Shown here piece by piece: positions 18,629 through 28,414 of a DNA stretch of 34,335 nt. Position numbers and translations under genes: made by a program. The notes under the pieces were generated by a model. It was not told the origin of the DNA, did no database searches, and worked only from the letters and a program-made list of their open reading frames with translations. This stretch comes from Trichomonas gallinae (Eukaryota): positions 1 through 34,335 of the forward strand of contig MRSU01006023.1 in assembly GCA_008369845.1 (NCBI GenBank). Reading direction: 5' to 3'. Position 1 is the stretch's first letter; each line of letters begins with the position of its first letter.

Positions 18629-19216
18629 TTAGCAGCATCCACTTCCTGGATTTTCTTCTTTTTCACGCTTTTTCTGTAAGACTTCATTCTTCTTTGTGAC
18701 GACGTGAGAGGCATCATCTGCGACTTTTCCAACATGAGTAAATAATTCTTCAACTCCTTGACCTGTTCTTGCAGATGTGATGAAATGTGGGATATTTTGA
18801 TTACTGCACCATTCATCAATAGCTTGTCCTGGTATTCCTGATTGGAATAAATCAGATTTTGTACCAACAACAACCCTTGGTACTTCTTCAGGAATTGTGT
18901 CATTAACAGTTTGTATATATCCTTGCACTTTTTGCATTGAGTCTTCCTCATTCACATCATAACAAATAATAACAGCATGTGAATCTCTTATATAGACTGG
19001 TACAAGGTTTGAGTACTTTTCCTGACCGGCTGTATCATACAAATGTAGAACAATTGGGTGATTATTCGCTTCCGTGCTAACTTTCACGTATGCAATGCCA
19101 ACAGTTGGCTTAGGCGAATCGGCATAGTCACCGTAATAATACCTATTAATCAAGCATGTCTTGCCAACGCCATGAGCACCAATGGTGACTATTTTGTACT
19201 CAGGAACCTTCGACAT
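18629..19216 (-). CDS. Rab-family small GTPase (divergent)
   Basis: GAHGVGKT, PTVG, YDTAGQE, TKSD, TSART and a C-terminal GCC. Inr TCATA at 19226-19230 (minus). Confidence 0.9.
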   Translation of the reverse strand: MSKVPEYKIVTIGAHGVGKTCLINRYYYGDYADSPKPTVGIAYVKVSTEANNHPIVLHLYDTAGQEKYSNLVPVYIRDSHAVIICYDVNEEDSMQKVQGYIQTVNDTIPEEVPRVVVGTKSDLFQSGIPGQAIDEWCSNQNIPHFITSARTGQGVEELFTHVGKVADDASHVVTKKNEVLQKKREKEENPGSGCC

Positions 19217-19313
19217 TTAAATAATTATGAAATTTCGAAAATTACATGTCAAAATTTTGGATCCGATTGTCACTTTTGTTGTTTGTTGATTGTCAGTTTT
19301 TCATTTCACCTAA
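19217..19313. promoter_or_regulatory. Compact bidirectional promoter (two outward Inr elements plus motif 2)
   Basis: 97 bp separate the divergent ATGs. TCATA on minus at 19226-19230, TCATT on plus at 19301-19305, AAAGTGAC on minus at 19269-19276. Confidence 0.7.
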
Positions 19314-19703
19314 ATGCAAATCAATGTTAAGGTAATAGAAGCTAAGAATGTTCCAAAGATGGATGTCATTGGTGATTGCGATCCATTCGTTAAAGTCATG
19401 TATGGCGATAAAACATACAAGACTGGCGTAAAGGAGAACACACTTATTCCAAAGTGGAATGAAACATTTCAGTTCGCGATCAATAACAAGGATGACGTAT
19501 TAAAATTTGTAGTTAGTGATAAGGATGTTACAACAGATGAAGACTTCGCAGTTTTGAATTTCAAATTAAATTCGATTGTTCCAAAGACTGTCGTTGATAA
19601 CTGGTTTGATTGTGACCAATTGAAGACAGCAAAGATATACTGCAAGTTGCATCTTCAGATCCATATCGATAATTACGATGTGGAGCCATTTCATCCAAAA
19701 TAA
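19314..19703 (+). CDS. Stand-alone C2 domain protein
   Basis: 129 aa: VKVIEAKNVPKMD..G.CDPFVKV, KT.V..NTL.PKWNETF.F, V.DKD...DE. The Ca2+-coordinating acidic residues appear retained. Confidence 0.92.
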   Translation: MQINVKVIEAKNVPKMDVIGDCDPFVKVMYGDKTYKTGVKENTLIPKWNETFQFAINNKDDVLKFVVSDKDVTTDEDFAVLNFKLNSIVPKTVVDNWFDCDQLKTAKIYCKLHLQIHIDNYDVEPFHPK

Positions 19704-20491
19704 AGGCCAGTAGCCAAACAGAAATAATATGAATAAATCCGGAATTGCATATTATTTTTAAATTTTTCTTTCAAATTTAATTTTTCAGCGATAATGATAT
19801 TAATTAAAACTAGAAATAATTTATGTAGCTATCAATTAGCATGTATATAAATAGAATTTTGATCATTTTGAAGTTTTCTTTATTGAAATTTTTATCCTGT
19901 ACGGAACCAAACGAACTATAATAAAATTTGTAATATATACATTAAGTGCTGTGCAATTATTAAGTCATTTGAGAGTGAGTAAATAATATATGATTTTATA
20001 CGTTATTTGATAGCTTCCTTTTGAAAAGGAAAAATTTGATTTTTCGTTAATTTGGTTTGAAAATCGGATGAATAAGAGAATAATTAGTGCTATAGTCATA
20101 ATTATCTTTTTGATAATTTTATATAAATAATCAAGTAATATTATATATTGATATAATAGGACACGAATGCTATTGTTATAATTTTCAATATGTTCTTAAT
20201 TTTCTGAAAGTTATTTGAAATTTTCATAACTAACTAAAATTCTCAAAATCCAATCCGCTGTTTATATGACTAGATATCGATGTATTGCCAGAAAATTACG
20301 ATAAAAATTTGAGGTAAGCTTTTATTATCGACCTACTATACTGGTTCAGCATATATAGTGATTTTTCAATTATTTTGTAACAATTATTCGCATATTCAAT
20401 CAAACCCTCGATTTTTTTTAGAATCAATAAAACTGCTTCTAACGTGGTATATATTATAATGTGAATTAATATCAAAATTTCAATATAATTG

Positions 20492-21499
20492 ATGTCGTCT
20501 GAAGGTTGTACGTACTCTGTACTCAATTCTTCACGCGTAAGGATTCCGAACAAGATAGGTAAGTATATGGTTTTAAGAACGCTTGGAAAAGGCGGGTTTG
20601 CTGTTGTCGTATTGGCTATCGATGACAAGACAAAGCAAAAAGTTGCTATTAAAATAGTAGATAGAGCTCAAGTTACTCGCAAAAATACCTTTTCTTACTT
20701 AGAAAATGAACTTCGTTTAAGTGCAAGATTTGAACATCCAAATATTGTCAAGATTTTTGATATAATATACGAAGAAGATGTCATTATGGTCATAATGGAA
20801 TATCTTCCAAATGGAGATCTCACATCAGTTCTGTCATCTGGAAAAACATTTTCCTTAGATGAGCAAGTACACTTCTGCGCAAGTTTATTGAGCGCCCTCC
20901 AATATCTACATGCAAAGGGAATATCTCACAGAGACATTAAACCAGAAAACATTCTTTTTGATGCGGATATGAATCCAAAATTCATTGATTTTGGCTTATC
21001 TAAGGAAAATGCTTCTACAATGACAACATTTTGCGGAACTCCATTCTATATGGCACCAGAAATTATTCTTCACGACAATTATGATGGAAAGAAAGCAGAC
21101 GTTTGGGCTTTGGGCGTAACTTTCCATGTCATGTGCACTAAATCTCTCCCGTACACTACAAAGAGCGAAACACAGATATTTCGCGATATTCAACATAATA
21201 AATTCGACCTGCAGATAGAAGCAACTGGCATTATTGGAGATCTCATCAGGAAAATGCTTGTTTTCGACACAAAGCAACGAGCAACAAGCGCAGATCTATA
21301 TAAAAGTCTTGATGCGCCTATGAACCAGCTTAATAGCGTAACATTGATTAAACCACAGAAGAAACTTAATACAGAAATGTCATTATTGCCCAGAATTTCT
21401 TTATTCAAGAATGTATCCTCACCAATGCTCCTGAGATCAAGAGGAATCAGTTCGCTCACGAAATCAAATCAAACATTTAAGTTAGGACCACCAGAATGA
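20492..21499 (+). CDS. Ser/Thr protein kinase, CAMK-group-like
   Basis: GKGGFAVV, VAIK, HRDIKPEN, DFG, TFCGTPFYMAPE and DVWALG; catalytic motifs intact. First ATG is 20492. Confidence 0.94.
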   Translation: MSSEGCTYSVLNSSRVRIPNKIGKYMVLRTLGKGGFAVVVLAIDDKTKQKVAIKIVDRAQVTRKNTFSYLENELRLSARFEHPNIVKIFDIIYEEDVIMVIMEYLPNGDLTSVLSSGKTFSLDEQVHFCASLLSALQYLHAKGISHRDIKPENILFDADMNPKFIDFGLSKENASTMTTFCGTPFYMAPEIILHDNYDGKKADVWALGVTFHVMCTKSLPYTTKSETQIFRDIQHNKFDLQIEATGIIGDLIRKMLVFDTKQRATSADLYKSLDAPMNQLNSVTLIKPQKKLNTEMSLLPRISLFKNVSSPMLLRSRGISSLTKSNQTFKLGPPE

Positions 21500-22209
21500 T
21501 CTTAGCGTGTTAGATTATTATTTAATGTCCTATATAGGCAAATATATATCGATCAATTTTGAATATTGTATTTTATATTAAATTGTTCATGTCATTAATT
21601 TTATTTAATTTAATATATTCTAAGGTTATATTGTAGATGATGTAATAAGTCCAATTCCAAGTCATAATGAAAAAATAATCAAAAATATTAAATTTCCAAA
21701 AATATTTTGCAAATAATTCTCAAGTATAATAAAAATACTCTCTAAATCGAGATATATATTTAAAATTCAACAATGAAAAGCGCTAATTCAAGATATAAAA
21801 ATTCCAAAAATTTGATTTTCAAGGATTTGCCTTCTCGCGGTTAAAGAATATAAATAAATTTTTGATCTAACTGCAATTATAGATTCAAATATGCATAATT
21901 TATTCACAAAGTAATATTTTCTATAAAATACATTTTTTGGGCACATTACTTTACAATATTTGAAAAAAGCATGTTTTATTTTCATAACTGGCTTTACAGC
22001 TATAGAACTCATTTTTACAAAAAATTTATTCAATAATGAATGATATGAATGTTTTTGTTTTGCTGTTTTGTGAATAATGTGATCTGAAGAGGCTATAGAT
22101 TAAAGATGTTTGTTATATGTCGTGATATATACAATTGATAATCATAACAGAGCATTTTGACACGTAAATATTTTATGCCATGTAAATAAGCAAAATTTTG
22201 TCTGAAAAT

Positions 22210-23034
22210 ATGACTGAAGCAAAACAAGAGGACGTCACTGGACAAAAAGAAGCAGAAATCAAAGAAGATCAACAACAAACAACAGAAAAACCATCAGAAC
22301 CACAAATTGAACATAAAAACGCACAATTATCAGTCGTTGTTTCAGATTTACCGGAAGGAGTCACTATTAAGGACGTATCAGAATTTTGTAAGCGTATTGG
22401 TGTAATTGCAACACATCCAGAGACGGGTGAAGACTTGATTTTATTAAATCCAAAATCAAAAAGGGCAACAGTTACATATGCGTACCCAGAATCAGCAAAT
22501 CATGCAATAGAATTCCTTAATGGTGAGTTATTTTTAGCATCTGGTGAAAGAGTCAAAGTAGATCGCGCAGTTAGAGAACCATTCGATTTTTCCAAGTGGA
22601 AAGGTGCAATGAAAATGTCAAGAAAGTTTCATAGCTACTTTGGTGCAGAAGAAAAACTTGATTCTTCTGAACAAAAACGCGTTAAAATCATGATATTGAA
22701 AAATGTGTTCGCTATTGACGAATTAGTCAAAGAACCAGAACTTTACGGCCAAATTGTTAAAGATATGACGCTGCAATGCGAACCATTTGGAAAAGTTACT
22801 TTAGTTAAGCCAATCGAACAGAATCCAGAAGGAACTGTTATAGTTCGTTTTGAATCAGCTCAATCTGCGTCAATTGCTATTGGAGAGCTTGATCAGTGCG
22901 AATATCGAAATAGAATTTTGACTGCTGAGCCTTGGGATGGAAATGAGATCAAAACAGTTGCTGAAACAGAAGAAGAGTTTCAAGCTCGTATCGACAACTT
23001 CCACAAATTCCAAGAAGGTGAATCTTCAAAATAA
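22210..23034 (+). CDS. Tat-SF1/Cus2-like U2 snRNP-associated factor (RRM + UHM)
   Basis: RRM1 VVVSDLP..VT......K.IGVI...P.T. The second domain ILKNVF...EL...P......D....C..FG.V......NPEG.V.V.F ends in R.LTAEPWDG, followed by ET.EE..AR. This pattern is typical of Tat-SF1. First ATG is 22210. Confidence 0.82.
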   Translation: MTEAKQEDVTGQKEAEIKEDQQQTTEKPSEPQIEHKNAQLSVVVSDLPEGVTIKDVSEFCKRIGVIATHPETGEDLILLNPKSKRATVTYAYPESANHAIEFLNGELFLASGERVKVDRAVREPFDFSKWKGAMKMSRKFHSYFGAEEKLDSSEQKRVKIMILKNVFAIDELVKEPELYGQIVKDMTLQCEPFGKVTLVKPIEQNPEGTVIVRFESAQSASIAIGELDQCEYRNRILTAEPWDGNEIKTVAETEEEFQARIDNFHKFQEGESSK

Positions 23035-23361
23035 TTTTTCTTTTTCATCTATTTTATTTGTGTTTTATATTAAATATACATGCTGTTTTGTATTATACTA
23101 ATAGATTAGAGGTTAATTGCAATGAATATTAATTTGAAAAATATATTATTAATTTTTGAAGATTTCTTCATATATAATCTAATATACATGAAGAAGTTAA
23201 AGAGATACAAGCAATGAAATTGTGTGTTTTATTAAATTAATTCTGAAATTTAATAATTTTTTGGAATTAGCTTTTTTTTATTGTGTTATAATGATGCTTT
23301 TATACAATGCAAGTTCTGGGAGAAAAACTAGTTTTCATTTATTGCTTGTGAAATTGAATTG

Positions 23362-26300
23362 ATGAGACTTTCTTCAAAAATTCGCAGTTTGCAGCGAAGT
23401 GACCAACTACAAGCTACAGGCTGCGGAATTACTGAGATTGATGTATTAAACAACGAGTTTCATCAAATTCGTTCGTTATATTTATCCTATAATTCGATAA
23501 CAGATATAGTAAACATAAATCAATTCCAAAATTTGGAAATATTACTGATACAGTTTAACTGTTTATCAAGAATTAGCGACTTAAAACCATTACATAGCCT
23601 TTCACGATTGCGAATTCTGCGAATCGAAGGAAATCCTATCACAAATCTACCATTATACGATGTACATGCGTTCTATATATGCAAAAACCTTGAAAAATTG
23701 GATTCAAAATCACTTGAAGAATGTTATAAAAATAAATTTCAATCACAGCAGCTATTTGACTTCTTAAAACGTGAGGAATCATATCTGAGATGCTGTTTCA
23801 TTATATCATCCTCGATTTCCTTTTTATCATCAAAATTCACAAATACTCCTTTCGAAATGCAGGATTACAATGATTTCTCGCACTCAATGAGGTTTTCTAC
23901 TCACCATAAAACACCAGAAACATATTTTAATAATTTAAATCAAAAAGTTTCAAGATTAAGAAAAACAATTCTCGATTTATTCTCCGAATTTGACTGCAAT
24001 ATGTCCGATGTTCACACATTCGAGATGCAAAATCTACAATTTCCTATCAAAATCTCGACACAAGTTTTGAAAATCCTTGGAATCAATGTGAAAGTGAGCG
24101 AATTTGATATAGGTATACTAGAAAAATGTAAGATACATCCATTAGGAAGCTCAGACACAGATGAATCAGAAGGAATTTTATCAAATTATTTTGGTGACTC
24201 TATTGAGAAAGCTGATGTACATGAAGAATCATCTGGGTTTGAGGTACAAATTCCTGTTGATGAAAATTCTAATTACGAAGAAGATGAAGTAGAAAATGAT
24301 TTTTCGATCCCAAATGTTGATTTCAATCAGTTAAATCGCAGTTTAGTCGAGAAACCAAAGACTATAGAACAAAGGAAGCCAATCATCGAAAGTGTCTCAA
24401 TGCAAAGCGATGATTTGCTGAAAAGTGAAGATTCAGAAAAAACCCAAAATCAAAACGAATCATATAATGAAGAAGAAGAATTTCCTCAAAAACAATATTT
24501 TATATCAGAAAAAGAAAATTACTCGAATGAAGAAGAAGAGCAAAATATTTCAAATCATATTCAAAATATAGCAACAGAAGAACACAAATATTCTGAAAAT
24601 GATGATAATATAGATATTGCAGAAGAAGATCGATATGCTGAAGATATTGGAATTAATGATAATAGACGCGCTTTTATAGACAATCCAAATCAAAATATAA
24701 TAGAAAGAGAAGATCAATATTCTGAAAATGATGATGATAATATAGATGTTATACGTCAACTCGATATTTATATTACAGAAGAAGAAGATCAATACTCTGA
24801 AGATAATGATGCATATCAAAATGAATCAAATGATGTCAAACAGCGATATTATTATGGCAACACAGAAACTAAATTTGGCAATAAAATCAATGATAATAGA
24901 CGCGCATTTATAGATAACCAAAATATTACAGAAGAAGAAGATCAATATTCTGAAAATGATGATGATCTGAATGATGAACATCAAATTTATACAAATGATA
25001 TCAATCGGGGAAAATATTTTTATAAATTAAAAACTGTTCCTAGTCATATAATTAATGATAATAGTCCTGCATTTATGGATGATTCCCATCAAGAAGATCT
25101 TAAAGAGTATTCTGAAGATGATCGTAGCTTGCTTAACACGTCTCAAAATGAATCAGATGATATTATTCAAGAAGAATATTTTGATAAATCAAATAATAGT
25201 GATAATATCCATCCAAACGTAATTCAACAATATTCTGAAGAGGATGATAATGATCTGATTAATGATGATTATTCCTTTGATGAAGAAGAAAATGATATAA
25301 TTGATGTTCATGTTTTTAAAAATGAGGTGGACGAAGATGATAGTTTGTCTATTGATACTAATGAATTTATAAATCAAGAACGTGAAGTTCATGCAAAACA
25401 AAATGAGAAAGAAGCAATCAAACGAAATCCGATTAAAGCTGATATTGATGATGAGAAGCTCGAAGATCTCGGAATAACAATCGGCTTTGAAGATGATTTT
25501 GAGTATAATACGCCAAACGAGCAAACTCAAAAACAAAAAAGCAACATATCGTCTCCAAAGAAAAATAAAATGCAGCTAATAACAACAAATTCATTTGAAA
25601 AACTACAAAGCTCTGAAGATGATTTATCATTAGATCCTAAACTATCAGCAAACACATCAATTCCTAAATCATATTTCCCTAAAAAGCAAAATATTTCCTC
25701 GCAAAATAGAAAACTTGTAATTGAAAATGTTACAATATCTTATCAGAGTCCTGCCAAACAAATTAATGAAGAAACAGACTCCTATGATTATTCAGATGAC
25801 AGACGCAAAAAGTTAAGAGAAGTCATCAAAGAGCTTTCAACAAATTATTCTGAGCTGAATATGATTGACGACTCTCAGCTATTTTCACGAAACAGTCCAC
25901 GACAATCTCCTCGAACTTCTCAACAATCACCACAAAATTATTACAGATCAACACCTACTAAAAATAAATCATCGCCAGATAATTATTCACAAAATATTAG
26001 TAAATCCATACCATCTAAAAATGAATCTCAACCAGTTGTTAAGAAATCAACTAATAATTCTCCATCAACTAATCCGAAATCTCTAAATAGTTCTAAATCA
26101 TTTCGACGGTCACAAAACAACAGTAGATCTACACCAATTAAAAATGAATTACAACATGTTGGTAAGAAAACAATTAATAGTTCTTCATCAATTGACCAAA
26201 AATCACCAATTAATTATACAACAAATATTAAACAAAATTCGCAAAACAAATCATCATCATTTAATAATAATTCAATGTCATCACCAAAACTAGATAAGAA

Positions 26301-28293
26301 TTCTCCAACAATAATTAAAAATTACTCTCCAAATGAAAAATTATCATCTTCTAAAATCAATAACAGTTTTTCATCATTTAATCAAAAATCTTCCCCAAAA
26401 TTTGATAAAAACTCTGTATCATTTGAACAAGCTAATTATCAAAAAACATTTCCGACAAGTCAATTTTCGCCAAAACCTATTAATGATTCTTCGCATGAAG
26501 AAAAGAGAGATAATGATGATGCTTTAAGTTCGAGTGTTGAAGTCCAATCTGATATTGGAAAAACTGTTGATTACTTGAACAAGAAGCTTTCAAATACAAA
26601 TGTTATAATTGACGAGATCAAATCAATGGAAATGGATTCGGTTGAATTCAATCAATATTTCAATACCAAAAAGTCAGAATCAGAAAATGATGAAAACGAA
26701 TTAAGCATTGACAGTTATGTTTCTTCTTCTGATGATGATACAATATTTTCTCCGCTAAGACAACCAGTTATGCCTCGAACTAGCATCAAGATCGAAATGG
26801 TATCAGAATCATCAGCTTTTGCTGCCGATAGCGATCCGGATCTTCCAACAAGAACTAAATCAACACATTCTAGGAGACAGCGAATCAAAGATGAACTCTC
26901 ATCACCAAAATCCATCAACACTACTCTAAATAAAGATCCTGTTAATATGAGATCTATCAATAGATTAGATCAATCGAGTCCAAATCAAAAAAGCAACAGT
27001 TTTAGCAAAATGTCATCATTAAACAAACCGGAAGATCATTTAAGTCCAAAATCCAGCTATTCAAATAGATCATCTGATTTATCAAAGCATAATAGAAATC
27101 CAGAGAATTTAGATGATCAGGAAACTCCAAAATTCAGTAAATCAAGCAAAATAGAAGTTCATCCTAATCTGAAGTCAAACAACTCGAGCATAATTTCACT
27201 ACGCAATAATTCGGATGATTTAACAAAACAAGAAATGAATAAATCAGTTGGTTATTCAAGTCCAAAGTCAAGCAGAGTTTCACTAAATAACAAACCGAAC
27301 AAAAAATCTAACCCAGAAGATAATTTTAGTCCAAGATCCAGTAACTCGAATAGAAGATCATTACTTAATACTTCAGATGATATCTCAAAGTCAAATATGA
27401 ATAAATCAGCAGATCATTCTAATTCAAAGCCTAGCAACTCTAGTAGACTTTCATTGCATAATGATTCAGATGATTTATCAAATCCAAATAATAGCAATAA
27501 ATCAATTAATCAAAATCAAAAATCGAAAAATAATAATGAAAGAATTGATTCACCAAAGAGAGAAACAAATTACACAGCTTATAGATTTCCTCAGCCGGAT
27601 CCGACTGATGATCCATTTGAAGCATTAAGGAAGAGATTCCTTGCAATTGTCAGTGACATTTCACCAAGAAAATCAGCTGAAAATTCTCCACATAAACCAA
27701 ATAAAGTCGAAGATTTACCGCAAATACAAAAGAAATCTGATGAATTACAACAAAATATAAAGAAAGCGAAAGAAATTGATGATGATCTGAATCAAATTTT
27801 AGAATCTAATTCTGAAAAAGAATATTTTGATTCACCACAGTATGAAAATAAAAATACTGCAACTAATTTTCCAAAACATGTTAATCTCATATCTAATTAT
27901 ATGCTTCAATCTGAAAATGATGAAAATCAATCTGATCCAATCAAAGATATCGAATCTGAAAGATACAATCCACTTGACTCTGATCAATTCGGAAATAATT
28001 TAGTAGATGTCGATTCTTCGCCATTACACGATTTACTTCGCCAACTTGATAATGCTGTTGATAGTGCAGAAAAGAAAATCTGTATAAATACACTGCCACA
28101 AAAAGATGTTTTATATTATTTCTTTTTGTGGAGAAGAAAGTTAAAAGAAAAGGCTAAATCAAAGATACAACATGTTGTAACTGCTTCTGAGTCTCCACTG
28201 GCTGCAAAACAAAGATATCTTCTTCTTATGCAAATTAGAACGCAAAAGAAGCTAAATCAAGCAATGCAAGAAGAAATAAGCGGAATGGAATGA
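23362..28293 (+). CDS. N-terminal LRR (SDS22/U2A'-type with LRR cap) protein with a very long acidic, then Ser/Asn/Lys-rich, disordered region
   Basis: LYLSYNSI, LEILLIQFNCL, LRILRIEGNPI...Y....L..LD. More than 1200 aa of low complexity with internal repeats. Inr TCATT at 23335-23339. Confidence 0.8.
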   Translation: MRLSSKIRSLQRSDQLQATGCGITEIDVLNNEFHQIRSLYLSYNSITDIVNINQFQNLEILLIQFNCLSRISDLKPLHSLSRLRILRIEGNPITNLPLYDVHAFYICKNLEKLDSKSLEECYKNKFQSQQLFDFLKREESYLRCCFIISSSISFLSSKFTNTPFEMQDYNDFSHSMRFSTHHKTPETYFNNLNQKVSRLRKTILDLFSEFDCNMSDVHTFEMQNLQFPIKISTQVLKILGINVKVSEFDIGILEKCKIHPLGSSDTDESEGILSNYFGDSIEKADVHEESSGFEVQIPVDENSNYEEDEVENDFSIPNVDFNQLNRSLVEKPKTIEQRKPIIESVSMQSDDLLKSEDSEKTQNQNESYNEEEEFPQKQYFISEKENYSNEEEEQNISNHIQNIATEEHKYSENDDNIDIAEEDRYAEDIGINDNRRAFIDNPNQNIIEREDQYSENDDDNIDVIRQLDIYITEEEDQYSEDNDAYQNESNDVKQRYYYGNTETKFGNKINDNRRAFIDNQNITEEEDQYSENDDDLNDEHQIYTNDINRGKYFYKLKTVPSHIINDNSPAFMDDSHQEDLKEYSEDDRSLLNTSQNESDDIIQEEYFDKSNNSDNIHPNVIQQYSEEDDNDLINDDYSFDEEENDIIDVHVFKNEVDEDDSLSIDTNEFINQEREVHAKQNEKEAIKRNPIKADIDDEKLEDLGITIGFEDDFEYNTPNEQTQKQKSNISSPKKNKMQLITTNSFEKLQSSEDDLSLDPKLSANTSIPKSYFPKKQNISSQNRKLVIENVTISYQSPAKQINEETDSYDYSDDRRKKLREVIKELSTNYSELNMIDDSQLFSRNSPRQSPRTSQQSPQNYYRSTPTKNKSSPDNYSQNISKSIPSKNESQPVVKKSTNNSPSTNPKSLNSSKSFRRSQNNSRSTPIKNELQHVGKKTINSSSSIDQKSPINYTTNIKQNSQNKSSSFNNNSMSSPKLDKNSPTIIKNYSPNEKLSSSKINNSFSSFNQKSSPKFDKNSVSFEQANYQKTFPTSQFSPKPINDSSHEEKRDNDDALSSSVEVQSDIGKTVDYLNKKLSNTNVIIDEIKSMEMDSVEFNQYFNTKKSESENDENELSIDSYVSSSDDDTIFSPLRQPVMPRTSIKIEMVSESSAFAADSDPDLPTRTKSTHSRRQRIKDELSSPKSINTTLNKDPVNMRSINRLDQSSPNQKSNSFSKMSSLNKPEDHLSPKSSYSNRSSDLSKHNRNPENLDDQETPKFSKSSKIEVHPNLKSNNSSIISLRNNSDDLTKQEMNKSVGYSSPKSSRVSLNNKPNKKSNPEDNFSPRSSNSNRRSLLNTSDDISKSNMNKSADHSNSKPSNSSRLSLHNDSDDLSNPNNSNKSINQNQKSKNNNERIDSPKRETNYTAYRFPQPDPTDDPFEALRKRFLAIVSDISPRKSAENSPHKPNKVEDLPQIQKKSDELQQNIKKAKEIDDDLNQILESNSEKEYFDSPQYENKNTATNFPKHVNLISNYMLQSENDENQSDPIKDIESERYNPLDSDQFGNNLVDVDSSPLHDLLRQLDNAVDSAEKKICINTLPQKDVLYYFFLWRRKLKEKAKSKIQHVVTASESPLAAKQRYLLLMQIRTQKKLNQAMQEEISGME
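24570..25120 (+). repeat. Intragenic imperfect direct repeats (INDNRRAFIDN..QNI.E.EDQYSENDDD)
   Basis: Near-identical DNA copies starting aatgataatagacgcgc at about 24655 and 24889, a degenerate copy near 25054, and partial (T)EEEDQYSE-like units near 24575 and 24775. Confidence 0.8.
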
Positions 28294-28414
28294 ATATTTT
28301 ATGCATGTATTAATAAATTGTTATGTATTTCTATCAATTAAAAAATATTTACACAAACAAACAACAAATATATAAGAATAGGCAAATAACAATAAAATAT
28401 CGATAAGTTGCTGG

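Noticed and set aside
16259..19216. The two Rabs as a recent inverted duplication around V-ATPase c
   Set aside because: The proteins share little beyond G-motifs, and I see no nucleotide-level similarity in genes or flanks.
24570..25120. Repeat-spacer pattern as a CRISPR-like array
   Set aside because: The repeats are in-frame coding, imperfect and irregularly spaced; the context is eukaryotic with no cas genes.
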